From the NCBI RefSeq assembly GCF_006345805.1, contig NC_043010.1, forward strand, positions 34,038,001 to 34,102,000: a stretch of 64,000 nucleotides of DNA. The letters run 5' to 3'. Positions within the stretch are counted from its first letter, which is position 1. Every line of letters begins with the position of its first letter. Below the pieces are notes generated by a model that was not told where the DNA came from, did no database searches, and saw nothing but the letters and a program-made list of their open reading frames with translations. This document shows positions 13,233-25,480 of the stretch, piece after piece. The DNA is from Octopus sinensis. Lineage: Eukaryota. The position numbers and the translations under genes were made by a program.

Positions 13233-16200
13233 CTGTGAGATAAAAAAAGAGAGAGAGAATAAATTTAAAATGTCAAAAACAATCTGAATATTGCTTCAAT
13301 ATATTTCTATGTAAGAGTTGGACAAGACAAAATCAGTAAAGTACCAGATAACAAGACACTCAGCTTTAAAAAGAATGGCTCTGTAAAATTATTGGAATTA
13401 TTATTTAAAAATTTGAAATTTAATAAGTTATTTCTAATCATATTATGAATGCCGAATAGACCTAGATATAAGAAGTCTAAAAATAAAGATGGGAGGGGTT
13501 TTTTACAATTCAGTACATTTAATCATTCATTTGTTGGATCATGTATGATCCGGGAATTAAGCAACAAACCACAGACCAAAGGCAATACATTGGATTTGAA
13601 TTACTTAACTTAAGATTGATTTCCTAGAGGTGGTGGTGGTTTTTTATACCCTTCCACAGATCAACTTTGACCTACAGACTCATATGCACACCTGTCTTTT
13701 TTTTTTTTTTTTATTAAAAATAGCAATGTGTGAAATTTGGCTAGTGTTTCTAGCAGATCAAATGAGATCATAGACAATCCCTCAAAGCCCCATTTTTTCA
13801 GAGAGAGGAAAAGTGTGGTGGTGAAGACATTAGTAAGACCACAATGCAAATGCTTGTTTCTTGGTCTCCACACATAGCCAATGTCAAGAGGAAAACAAAG
13901 AGCAAGTGAGGAGTAATCAATCCTAGTATTTGAATGGTACTTTGCTTATTGATCTCCAGAGGGATGTAAGGTGGAGTGAACTCATAGCACAGAGAGCAGA
14001 AAAAAAAGAAGAAAAAGCAAAGCATTCTAGCTGATTCTCTTATGAATTCACTACCTCCATGTGGGGTGGTGCGATAGTGGTGAAGAGTCACCCAACCCCA
14101 GCATAGTGTATTAGTAATACTTTATGCAATTTACTAAGGACAGGTGAAAGGTCCAGATTTGAAATCAGAATGCAATGGCACAAACAAAATGCTCTATAAA
14201 GCATTTAAATTAGACACTTAGTAATGTATATGGCCACTAATAGTAACATGCTACAGTGGCAAGGGTTTTTTCTATTTTCTTCCTGACCCCATCCCCAGAG
14301 AAAATTCTGAATTCTAATTAAAAGGAATGTACTAAATGGCACTGTAAATTTCCCCGCTCCTGACACCTATTCATGATTGATTTCTTACATTGGCACAAAT
14401 GAAAGTGTGGTTGTATGGTTAAGAACACTACTTCTGAACTATGTGAGTCCAGGTTTAATTCTACTGCAGAGCACCTTGGACAAGTGTCTTTTATCATAGC
14501 CTCAGGTTGATCAATAACTTCGTGAGTAGAATTTAGTAGATGGAAGTGTGTGTGTGTGTGCGTGTGCGAGAGAGATATATCAAAAGATAAAAATATTGAG
14601 TAAAAAGAAAAACAGGTGGTGCTTTATTTTCATAAATATAAAGTACAAGACGAATTGCCCATTGAAAACATATGCCTGGTGATGCTAAGAGTGATGAAGG
14701 CAGGAAATCATAGTCAAATCCAGAATGTAAAAGAATGAAACTTAATGTTGTAGGACATTTAACCCTTTTGATGTCAGACCTTTGACATCAGTTTAATAAA
14801 CCAACACACAGTTCATTTACTAAACTCCTCCCAATTCAGTTATTTTCAAAATTACTTGAAACACACAGCCAGTGTAATGTATTATATTAGAAATATAATC
14901 ACACAAGTAAAAAGCTAAGTAAAAGTTTGCATACAGTCTCTTATATTAATCACTACATTTAAGAATATAGCCATAAAAGGATTTTAAAAGATTCACACAC
15001 ACACAGCCCTCTGAGATTTTGTAAATGTGTTAGATTTATGACTTGTTGATCCATCATTTGCTCTCTTTTTTTCGCCTTTTGAAATTCTCCTCCCTGTAAA
15101 CCAAGTTTTAAAATGCTTAAACTCATCCTCAGACAGCACACAGATGAGCATGTGGGTCTGTATAATGTGCATGTGTGTATATTATACATGCATGCACATA
15201 TGTCACTTATTTATTAACATACAAGTTTGCAGGACTTTCACTGGGACAGAACTTAAAAGCCTTTATTTATTTCCAGTATTTAACCACTTATTTCATAGAA
15301 AATCTGCATATAAGAAGAGACATGTAAGCTCAATTAAAGCACATGTCAAAATAATACAGCACAAACAGGAAAAACTATTGAAAATGTGTTTCACTAATTT
15401 TTGTTTTAATCTAAAGCTCTGCATTTCAAGCCACTGATCCATCAGTATAAATAATAACTCACTGAAAATTATTCAAACTTTGATCATTTTGTCTTTTTGT
15501 AGGCAATGTACATTCAGGATAGCATTATCTAACATTTTCTTCTTTTTAAGAAAGCAGGATGTAATTTGAGGGAGATTCAGTTGCTATTTTTAGTAGGCTG
15601 AACAGTTGCATAGAAGATCCTAATGAGATTGACTAACACAGCTCAGGCCACAGATACTTAGATGAAGGGAAATATAATGCTTTTATAACAAGAACAATAC
15701 ATGAATACACACACACACACACACACACACACAGTGTCGATCCTACCAAACCATGAAAACAGTTTAGCTCTGCAAGTATTATGGATCAACAACCTTATTA
15801 ACCAGGTAATAGTCTTACAAATCTAGGTTTTCAACAGGTTTTACCAGTTTAAAAGAACTCATGTAAAAACCTAGTAGAGAACCTGCTCCCTGGTCTTTGA
15901 GAGTGGAGTCAGTAGAGATACTTTAGGTATGGAGAAGACTGACTACCAGTGTGCTAGTACTTGTGCAGGGACCTTTTGCCTTTTGTAGGCGTGTGAGGAG
16001 ATAGTGACACGTATATATATGCATGTACGTGTGAGCGCGCGTGTACATGTATGTATGATGTATGCACATATATTTATATATATATATATATATATATGGA
16101 GAAAGAGAGAGAGAGAGATACCGTAGCAAGTTATAATGAAAATATATATAAAAAAATCCCTCAGAGTCACTTCCCTTGAATAAAAAATAAAAATAACCTT

Positions 16201-16540
16201 TCTTCAAGATAAACAAGCCATGTCACTTGTCAGTTTTTACTAAGCAAAATAAAAATAAATAAATAAATTTTCCATTGATGTTCTGGTAAATCAAAATTGA
16301 CAGATAAGGAAGGAAGCCTTATCTATAACTAAGATATTAAGAACATGCTAAATGAAAAATCCAACTCATTGAGCGGGTGTGGGAGCTGATTATACACACA
16401 TACATATACAAGAGCTGTGAAACCTCATACAAAACTCCATGGCATGTTCAAAATGGAGGCTACGTAAGCCAGTGAGGGAAATTCTATGATGCTACCTGGC
16501 TTACCAGCCAAAACAAGACATAAAATAAATAAATAAAACC

Positions 16541-16944
16541 GGGTCTTTTCGGTTTGAACGGCAGTTTTTAAAAGTAATTTCCACGTAACCAAACACTTTT
16601 AAACTTCGTATACTGGTAGAATGTGTTTATAAAACATCTTTTTCTCTTGGCTTTATTGAGAACATTCTCTAGTTTGTAAGATATTTGTTGGTTTTTTTCT
16701 TCAATTTCTACAATTTCAACCAATCAATGACGTCTATTGAGTTGAAAACATTCTGTGCCGTATGAATATGTCCCTCGTTTAAGAAACAGATTGGGTTTAT
16801 TTACATTTCTGAAGAAAAAAGATACCCCCACCCCATAACCCTAAAACAGATTGAAATGCAATAGACCGATACTAGAGTCATAATTATGAGTGACAATTTC
16901 ATATAACACCGCTAGAAAAACTGCCGTTCAAACCGAAAAGATCC
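16541..16944. mobile_element. MITE with 29-bp TIRs, 404 bp
   Basis: TIR GG(G/A)TCTTTTCGGTTTGAACGGCAGTTTTT at both ends. Flanking direct repeat ATAAAACC/ATAAAACT (7 of 8 match). Confidence 0.85.
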
Positions 16945-17347
16945 ATAAAACTCTCAATGCTTTTTTGAAAAGTAGGCTATGCTCTACTTAGTTTTTACTT
17001 TCTCTTTTTCCCAGTGCCAGGTCACAAAACAGAAGGTTGACCACATCTAGAAGCACTAACCAGGAAAATAGAGTGTAATTCAGACCAAGTAGCTGGATAT
17101 CGGTTTATTTACATGCGTAGAACTGGGGAATTTGTAGGGGAATTGCTGCTCCCCTCTACATTATTCAAATGGCCTGTTTCTGCGCATCTTTTCAAGTGGA
17201 AGTGACCCCACAATATTGCTACTAGTTAAGTTCAAATGTCGAATCACTCAGATGCACCAATAACTTTGATCATTATTAATGATTTATACAAAGCACAAGG
17301 AACTTCCTTGTTTGCTTTCGCGCTTCTTTGAAATTTACATATTCAAC

Positions 17348-17378
<31 letters not shown>

Positions 17379-18994
17379 GATATCATACAGAAAGATCACT
17401 ACACAGGGAATTCAGCAGAATCAAGCATCACGTGCAATTCCTATATATGTATGAACACACACACACATTTGGAAATGGAAATGGGGAGAAAAAAATTGCT
17501 ACGGTTGAGTGTATTTGTGCAAAGTCAATGGTTCGTTCCATAGCTATGTACGCGCGCACACGCAGATGTAGCGACCATAGAATGAATGAATACAAAGTTA
17601 AAAGAAAGTCTTTAGAGTTTAAGTTATTTGGTGGTAGTGGAGCAAGGAGTAATAGAAAAATATGTTTTAACCTGTGCCAGGTCATGTTGAAGTTGTATAA
17701 GAAACGGCAGTGCTAACTGATGTGTGCGTGTACACACAAACACGTGTAGTCATGGTCATGTGGTTAACAAGTTCGCTTCTTAATAATGTGGTTTTGTGTT
17801 TAGTCTCATTGCATGATACCCTGGGCACATGTGTTCTGTGATACCCAGGGACTGACAAAAGCCTTATAAGTGGATTTTATAGATGGAAACTGAAAGAAAC
17901 CCATTATACATCAGTCTGAGTTTGTTTACTTTTGCACTCCCTCCAAAATCGCATAGCTATGAGTGAAGTTGCTACCACTTCCTTTATCAACATGTCGGCT
18001 GCTGGCGTTGTACCTTTGATGACGTGTGGAATAAGATATCTCTTTGTAGAACAGGACATTCGGCTAGAAAAGAATGCCTCAAAACAACATATCTGTGCAA
18101 CCCATCACGGCATGGAAAAACGGATGGATAATAACAATAATAATAATACACACACATCATTCCTACATTTAATACCTGTTTATACACCTTAGCAGAGCGA
18201 CTGGCAATAATGCCAACACCATAACCATTTTGCTCAAGCAAGGAATACCAACATTTACAAGCGGGCGCCCACCTCCACAAAGGGCTTCTTTCAGCTTCTG
18301 CCTGCTCTAAGATTACAGAGAAGGCACACAAGGTACTGTGCAGCAGTACCAAACTCCAAAGCATGTCTTTGCAAAGCAAACTTCTTAACTGCAACTTTTG
18401 TGCATTTATACACATATCTACACACACACACATGCATATATAAACGCAAACACATATATACCTATTGTACAAATAGTCTTTTGCAGTTTCCATACTTTAA
18501 GTCATACAAGAAACAAAGAACTATGATTTGGTGCCTCAGATAGAAATGGAATGCTGGCAAGCTGGCAACCAGAAGAATGACAAATGCTTAAATGTTAGAA
18601 ATAAAGACGAGAAAACAACAAACTAGAAAAAAAAAAAATCCAAAATAAAAACAACCAAATCTAAAATTAAACTATGATAATAATGGTGCCTGATAGCTGA
18701 TGTCATTGACCCCCAGTGTTAGACTTGCACTTTATATTATTGATGGCAGAGGGGTGTGCTTTTTGACTTGGGCACAATGCCAGCATTTTTGAGGAGAGGA
18801 GTATTAGTCAATATTGTCAACTCAATACTAAACTGGCATTCTATTTTATTGACCCTGGAAGGATGAAATGCAAAGCTTGATCTCAGTGGAATTTGAACTC
18901 AGAATATAATTTTAGGCGCACTGCTAGCAATTTTGGTACGCAAGGGCATTATTGATACCACTGGCACTAGTACTTGATTGCTATCCTATTTCAA

Positions 18995-19136
18995 CCCTTT
19001 TACTGCAAAAATCAGACGTATCCACTTAACTGTGGGAAAGCAGTTTTAAATATAAATCTATGTTATGTTTGAAACTATTTTTGGTAGATATTTAACATCA
19101 TTACGGGAACAACCAAGAAATTTTGTAGTTAAAGGG
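18995..19136. mobile_element. Short piggyBac-type MITE
   Basis: TCAA/TTAA flanks and 16-bp TIRs CCCTTT(T/A)ACT(G/A)CAAAA. Confidence 0.65.
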
Positions 19137-20349
19137 TTAAGAACTATGAAGGGATGAAATGGAAAGTTGGTTGGCCACGGTAGAATTTGAACTCAAAATA
19201 TAAAAGAGCCAGAATGAATACTACAAAAGCATCTTGTCTGATTGCTTAAACAATCTTGTCCGGCCAAATTATATACATACATATCTATATAACTATATAT
19301 TATATAAAGCTGTTTATTTTATTTTAGTTTTTTATTTTATTTTCCGAAGAAGCAATAACAAATTCATAAAATTTCTGTGCTATTTCAAAATTGTGGCTAT
19401 TCAAAAATGCACCTTAACACAAAAAAAAAAAGAAAAAGAAAATCTTTGAGAAGACATCAATAAATAAATGGATGATTAAATATAATAAAATTATACGAAA
19501 ATCTAAAATAAAATATACCCCTTCACTGCTTCCAATATTAATTGAAATCTATGTTACAAGCATAAAATTTGAGAAAAATATAAAAGAAAATAAATTATGA
19601 AAATTCTATTTATTTATTTTTTTTAAAGAAATAATAGCATTATCTGATATACCAACAGACACCTGTCCTAGTTTTTCGAAAATCTGGATGACACCAAGGT
19701 CTAGGAATGTTGCCATGACAACTAGACCTCTTTATTGATTCTGTAGGCTACCCAACTAAAGCAAGGCAAGGAAGCCAAGTAGCAGTATATGGCAAGCCAC
19801 TGCCACTACTGCAGAGAGAGGGAGAGAGAGAGAGTGCGTGTGTGTGCACACGTATGGTGCTTGCTGCCAATACTTACTGCTTTCTGAAACAGCAGACAAG
19901 ACAGCAGCGGCGGCGGCAGAACAGCAGTAATGGTTGTAGTCATGGACGACTTAACAACTACAGAGCTGCTGATGGTGGTGGAGGTGGTGGTGCTGCTGAT
20001 GGTAGAGGTTAGTGGTGTTGTTACTGATGATGGTAATGGTAGTGCTGCTACTGCTACTGTATGTTCAAGCAGCCCTCAAAGAGGAAGTAATATTACCTTA
20101 AAACTTTTATTCAGGAACCAAACAAGATACATTCATTCTACCTCAAGCCCTTTATTTAAGACATTTTTGAAGCATCACAGAGCAACACCAAAATTTTCTT
20201 TGATACATTTGTTAAATTCTCCTTTTGTGAAAGAAAATGAAACTGTTTAAGGATGAATTTCTCCATGTAGCAGCAAACGCTTGAATAGTGTTGGGGAGAA
20301 GGAACTGGGCAAGTGAAAGTATTTGATATGCCAAAGAAACAGAGAGAGC

Positions 20350-20394
<45 letters not shown>

Positions 20395-21574
20395 GTGTAT
20401 GTTTTGTGTGTATATATATATATGCACAAATCTTTTTAATAAAGGACATGTATGGTAGCTTGTGATCCCATGCCATTCCTGGAGTTATTAAAGGAGACAA
20501 AAATCAGCACACTGCCAAAAAAGCAGACAAAATTTGTAAATTATGGTGAAAAGCACTAGTGCTTTCATTTAACTCACCACAAAGCCCTGATTGTATCTTA
20601 GTGAGAAGTTGTGGCACTCAAAAATATAACGAAGAACATTAATGGCCCAAATTAAGCGAACTGATTCAGAAAAAGAATTAAATTCCTAAATCCATTTAAT
20701 AATGGTTTCAAATTTTGTCACATGGCCAGCAATCTCAGGTGGGGAGTAAGTCAAATCCATTTAATTATAGTTTCTTTTATTGTCCCAAGGGTGATGATTG
20801 AAGGATTTTTATGAAGTACAAAACTGTAGGTTGTTGTGTGTTTACTTCAAGTGTGTAAGAAAAAATAAATGAAAACAAGATACAATGACATGAAATATAT
20901 TGTAGATGTATTCCAATAGAGAGACAGGCACCTTAGGCCAAATCCATTGAATAGTAATGATTTCTAACACTGGCACAGGGCCATATATTTATTGTAAAAG
21001 AGGAGCAGTATAGTGAGTTGTTCATTTGCATTAACCATAATATACAAGTATTAATGTTTATAAACTCTGAAGAGAATGAAACTTGAATTCAACTGATAGA
21101 ATTTGAATTTGGAGTGAATGTAACCGAACACTACAAAGCGTTTATTCCAACACATTCATTTTGGGATTAGAAAATGAATTTGTAGAAGAGAGGAGCATTG
21201 GTAATTGGGTTGCCTCTCACAAAACTACTGGTACCTTGCCAGGGAATATGGCAAAAGCAATTTCAAAGAGCAGTCTCCATCAATGTGACAATGCTAATAA
21301 CAAGCTGCAAAATAGACACCTGGAAGAGAGCATGGCCAACTGAAATACTCTCAATGTATACCTAGTTACCATGACTGTGAATTTGTGATTGAATCCAGAC
21401 CAGTACATGTCTACTACTTATTTTGCTTACCCAAGAGGTGGATCAAGCAAAAGGATTTGAACCCAGAAAACAAAAGTACATAATAAATACCACAAAGCAT
21501 TTAATCTAAGCACTACCACTTCAGCCATTCCTTTGCTTGCATCAATATATTATATTATTTGATATTTTATGGTA

Positions 21575-21636
<62 letters not shown>

Positions 21637-24600
21637 ATCAAAAGCTGAGCTTTGTTGCACTGATTGTGACTGAAGATTACATTAAAAGTACATGTGCCCC
21701 TGAAGTACTCAGCTGGTCACAGTGTTACAATGATTCTGTTTACACTTGAAACGACATTGCATATGGTACAAGGAAACAAAATCATAGGAAATGAACATAT
21801 GTACAATGTATGTGTGCATGCGAAATGAAAATGAGCTAAGAGAAATAACTCGGAATGGCCTATTGAAGCAAATACATGTGTTCATAAATGTCCTCTTTTC
21901 TTTAATGGCATGTCACTTCTAGAGTATCTTGATACTTGAGACTATCTCTCCTTCTGATTTGGAGTTGGTCCCAATTGCTAAGAACTGATCGTTCTATTTC
22001 TGTAAGTGGAGGTAATTTCAAAAATGAAAAAAGCTATCTTCAATAATGTGTGTGTATTTATAAAACCAATCCTAATTATATATCTGGTATTATGTTTAGC
22101 TGTAAGCGAGCCTTTGTCATGACTTGTGTCCAAAAACTGGAGCAAGCCTTGTCTTTATTCAGATACAGTGCATTTAAGAATACATTATACAATAAACTCT
22201 TCATAACAAGTAAATGTGAGCTGAAGGTGATTTAGCTGCCATTTCTAGTTGGTTAAGTCACCTCATATAAGTTCTCTGCTGGTACTCCACCCCAACACCC
22301 AAAACGTTATCAAAGTTTACTATTTTGTTATGAAGTGAAGAAACAAAATATTCTTTTGCACAATTTCTTTTGGTGCCTGTTTTCTCAGAAAATCTCATGT
22401 TTATTTCCAACGGCCTAAGAATGCACCAGTATGGAATTAAAGAGTATTGCTCAAATACATGATGTGTCCCCTAAGCTGTTATGTTGCTTTTGTACATTGT
22501 ACCCTTGTTTCCATGATACACAATACAGCACAGGTGTCACAACAAGCTTCAAGCAGGAGTTTCCACAGATTACAAACACCTAGTCTTCACAGAATAGTTA
22601 TAATCAAAGATGTTTATTAGTCAGTTATACACTGTACAGATGGAGTTGTTTCCACAATAAAGAGCATGCAGTAACTTAGTTTTCTGGACATCATCAAGCA
22701 AGACATATGCTGCTCATTTTATCTTTCTCCAGTGAAAAGCACAGCCTTGAACATTAGACTTTTCCTTTCCCATACAACAAACCAATTTATTCCACTATTG
22801 AAGTGTTTAATACTCATTGACTACTAATGCAGATAATCACTAGTTTCCTGTGATCCTGCTGTGTACTTCTGCACACACCTTTCATTGATTCAGTTGTAAA
22901 GCCCTTCACTCATTTGGTTCACTAATCAGAGATGTTTATTTCCACTGTTCAATCTTACCTGGAGAAGTAAAAAAGAAATGGAACTACAGTATGTTTTTCC
23001 TGGTATACTACAGTGTCAATAGTCAGCTTTGTTCAGGAACTAAAATATAAACAGACTGTCAGAGAAGCAAGCAGACTGTGGAATAGCAATACAATAAAGC
23101 TCAAACCTATTGCAACAAACTGCAATTATTTTGTACTTATAGCATCAAAATTCATTTCACAAACTTAGCCAATCTTGTCCAACTGAGTCCATAAAGTAAA
23201 CAACTGCTACTCAATTTGGTTGGCAGCCCACATCACATCAGTATCCATTTTGAAAGCTTAACCAAGATCTTCCAGTTAGACATGTCACTCACTTAAGTTA
23301 GCAATATATCATCACTAGAGACAACAGATCTTCAGTAATCTAACAAAATCACAGCAACATTAAACCAAACTTGAAGTTGGATAAATGACTGCATGCCTCA
23401 AGGATGTTGGCATTCATGGGTAAACTAAGCAAAATATTCTAAATGATAATTAATAATAATGACTTTCAAATGAGAAGTGTTTGTAGGTTATAAATCTACA
23501 CATGATCAATTAAGGAACTCACTGAATAGTTTTAAAATTTGTTCAGATCTGATATGGAGCATTAAGCCCTTAAACCAAAAATCAACAGACTGAACAGATC
23601 TGCAAAATGACTGCCATTGATGCTTGGCTCAACATGTTACACATACTGCTAAAGTCAATTTATCATTTTCAGGAGGAAAAAAAAAAAAGTTACATGCTCC
23701 TGACTATCTTTGATTGTCTCTACATGTCTTGTTCTTCAAAGAAGAAATAACCAGGCCATAAAAGCCAAAACCCGGCAACTACACTTAGACGATCATGCCT
23801 CTAATTACTTGCCTTCTTAATCCTCCAGCATATACAACTACACAATTCATAGCTAAAAGAGAAGGATATATAGATTTGTAGTAATGTGTTTGTTGCAAAG
23901 TGTTATACACTGATAAACTTTTTATACAAAATTGCAAGAAAAATTTAATAACTTGCATTGTAGTGATCCAGTTAATTTTGTCAAGGTACTGATTTCAGAT
24001 TTATTTACCCTCTTCTCATGTGAAAAATATAACTGAAATGGTAGGATAAGTACAGATGTAAGGTGTGTGTTTTCTACCCTACATTGTATAGCACTCCTAT
24101 TAATTATTTTTCATTAATCCATAGCACTGTTAAGCAAATTAGGCAAGGCAATTTACTCTCAGTGATCAGCAATGAATAAAGGATCTCTATTTGTGATCAT
24201 AGAGGGAGAAAATCCGTAACAACCTTCGGTTCAACCAGAGTGTATACTATTCACTGTAAGGATACATATAGTGTATGTTTATAAACATATGCTTCTAAGT
24301 TTACAATACATTTCTACTTATGTTTTTATTTACACACACCTGCATTCTCATCTTTGATTTATGCCCACACTACATTAATACAATTATGTAGTGGAGTCCT
24401 GAAATGGACCTGTTTCCACCCATCATTTTCACCCTTCCCAAATGGACTTGGTAAGAAGCATATAATTATCTTTTACACACATGTAACTTATAATTTGGTG
24501 AATGTTTTGCATCATATGAAAGAATACAGAGAAGACAAATTTTAGATTTTCTTCCTACATAACATACAGACTGCCCAAGTTTGTATAGAAGAGAGAAAAA

Positions 24601-25238
24601 ACAAAAAACAAAGAAATTAAATAAAACCATATTTACATTAAAAGATAATTAATTTATTCTCAAATTATGCAATGTTCCTCAGTTTTAAGATGTAAAAAAA
24701 TTCATAACCACTTTTGAATTTGGAGATCCATTTTGGAGTTGCAGCTTTTGTGAAGCAATATGTGACAGGGGTCCAGTGTACAATACTGTGCTTTATTATT
24801 TCATAACTCCAGTTTAATCTTCTTCAATATGTGTACATGTGTTTATATTGGAATGAAGAGATTTAAAGGATTTACAAATATGAGATAATAAAGGAACAGA
24901 TGGGAAGGCAACAGTGGAGTAGAAGGCAGCTAGCTAATTATGGGGAAAACAGAAACAGTAAGGTGTAGAATTAAAAAATATCAGAAAATAATAGGTTGAG
25001 ATTTGTGTCTAATAAAGTGAGGTACAATATTAAGACCGAAAATATAATAGGTAAACTAGCATAGTCATTTGTACCTGGGGTTAACTTTTTTATTTCCAAA
25101 TTTCTGTTGAAATAACACGTGGTAGTGTTTTGTCTATAAACATGAAATTTTGAAAGGAAGTTTTAATTTAAATAATTTTAAACACAAAGTTTATAACATA
25201 GAATCAGGGGTAGTCTTGGATAGGTTGGTATCAATAGG

Positions 25239-25480
25239 GCTCTTTTAAAGATTTTTCAGCTCTGGTGGTAAGGTACAGATTTATTTTTTAGTTCCCAGAC
25301 GTATGAAAACAGTGATGCTTGGTTTAGATCTAATGGGATTTCTAAATGTGTGGGTATGAAAGTTGTATCAAAGCTTGAAATGGTTTGATGTCATTCTAAT
25401 TTAAGTCTTTGAAGTGTAGTCTGTTCACATAGTAGATTGGTAGCTAAGGTATACATAGATTTTAAACCCATTAGCTACCC
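25239..25480 (-). pseudogene. Penelope-like GIY-YIG endonuclease remnant
   Basis: Translation with one frameshift gives NHFKL*YNFHTHTFRNP / NQASLFSYVWELKNKSVPYHQS*KIFKRA, typical of PLE endonuclease C-terminal halves. Confidence 0.7.

Noticed and set aside
17279-18493. Long ORFs of 145 and 168 aa
   Set aside because: They are driven by (CA)n/(TA)n/(AAT)n repeats (HTHT, YIYI, CVCV), with no homology signal or splice context.
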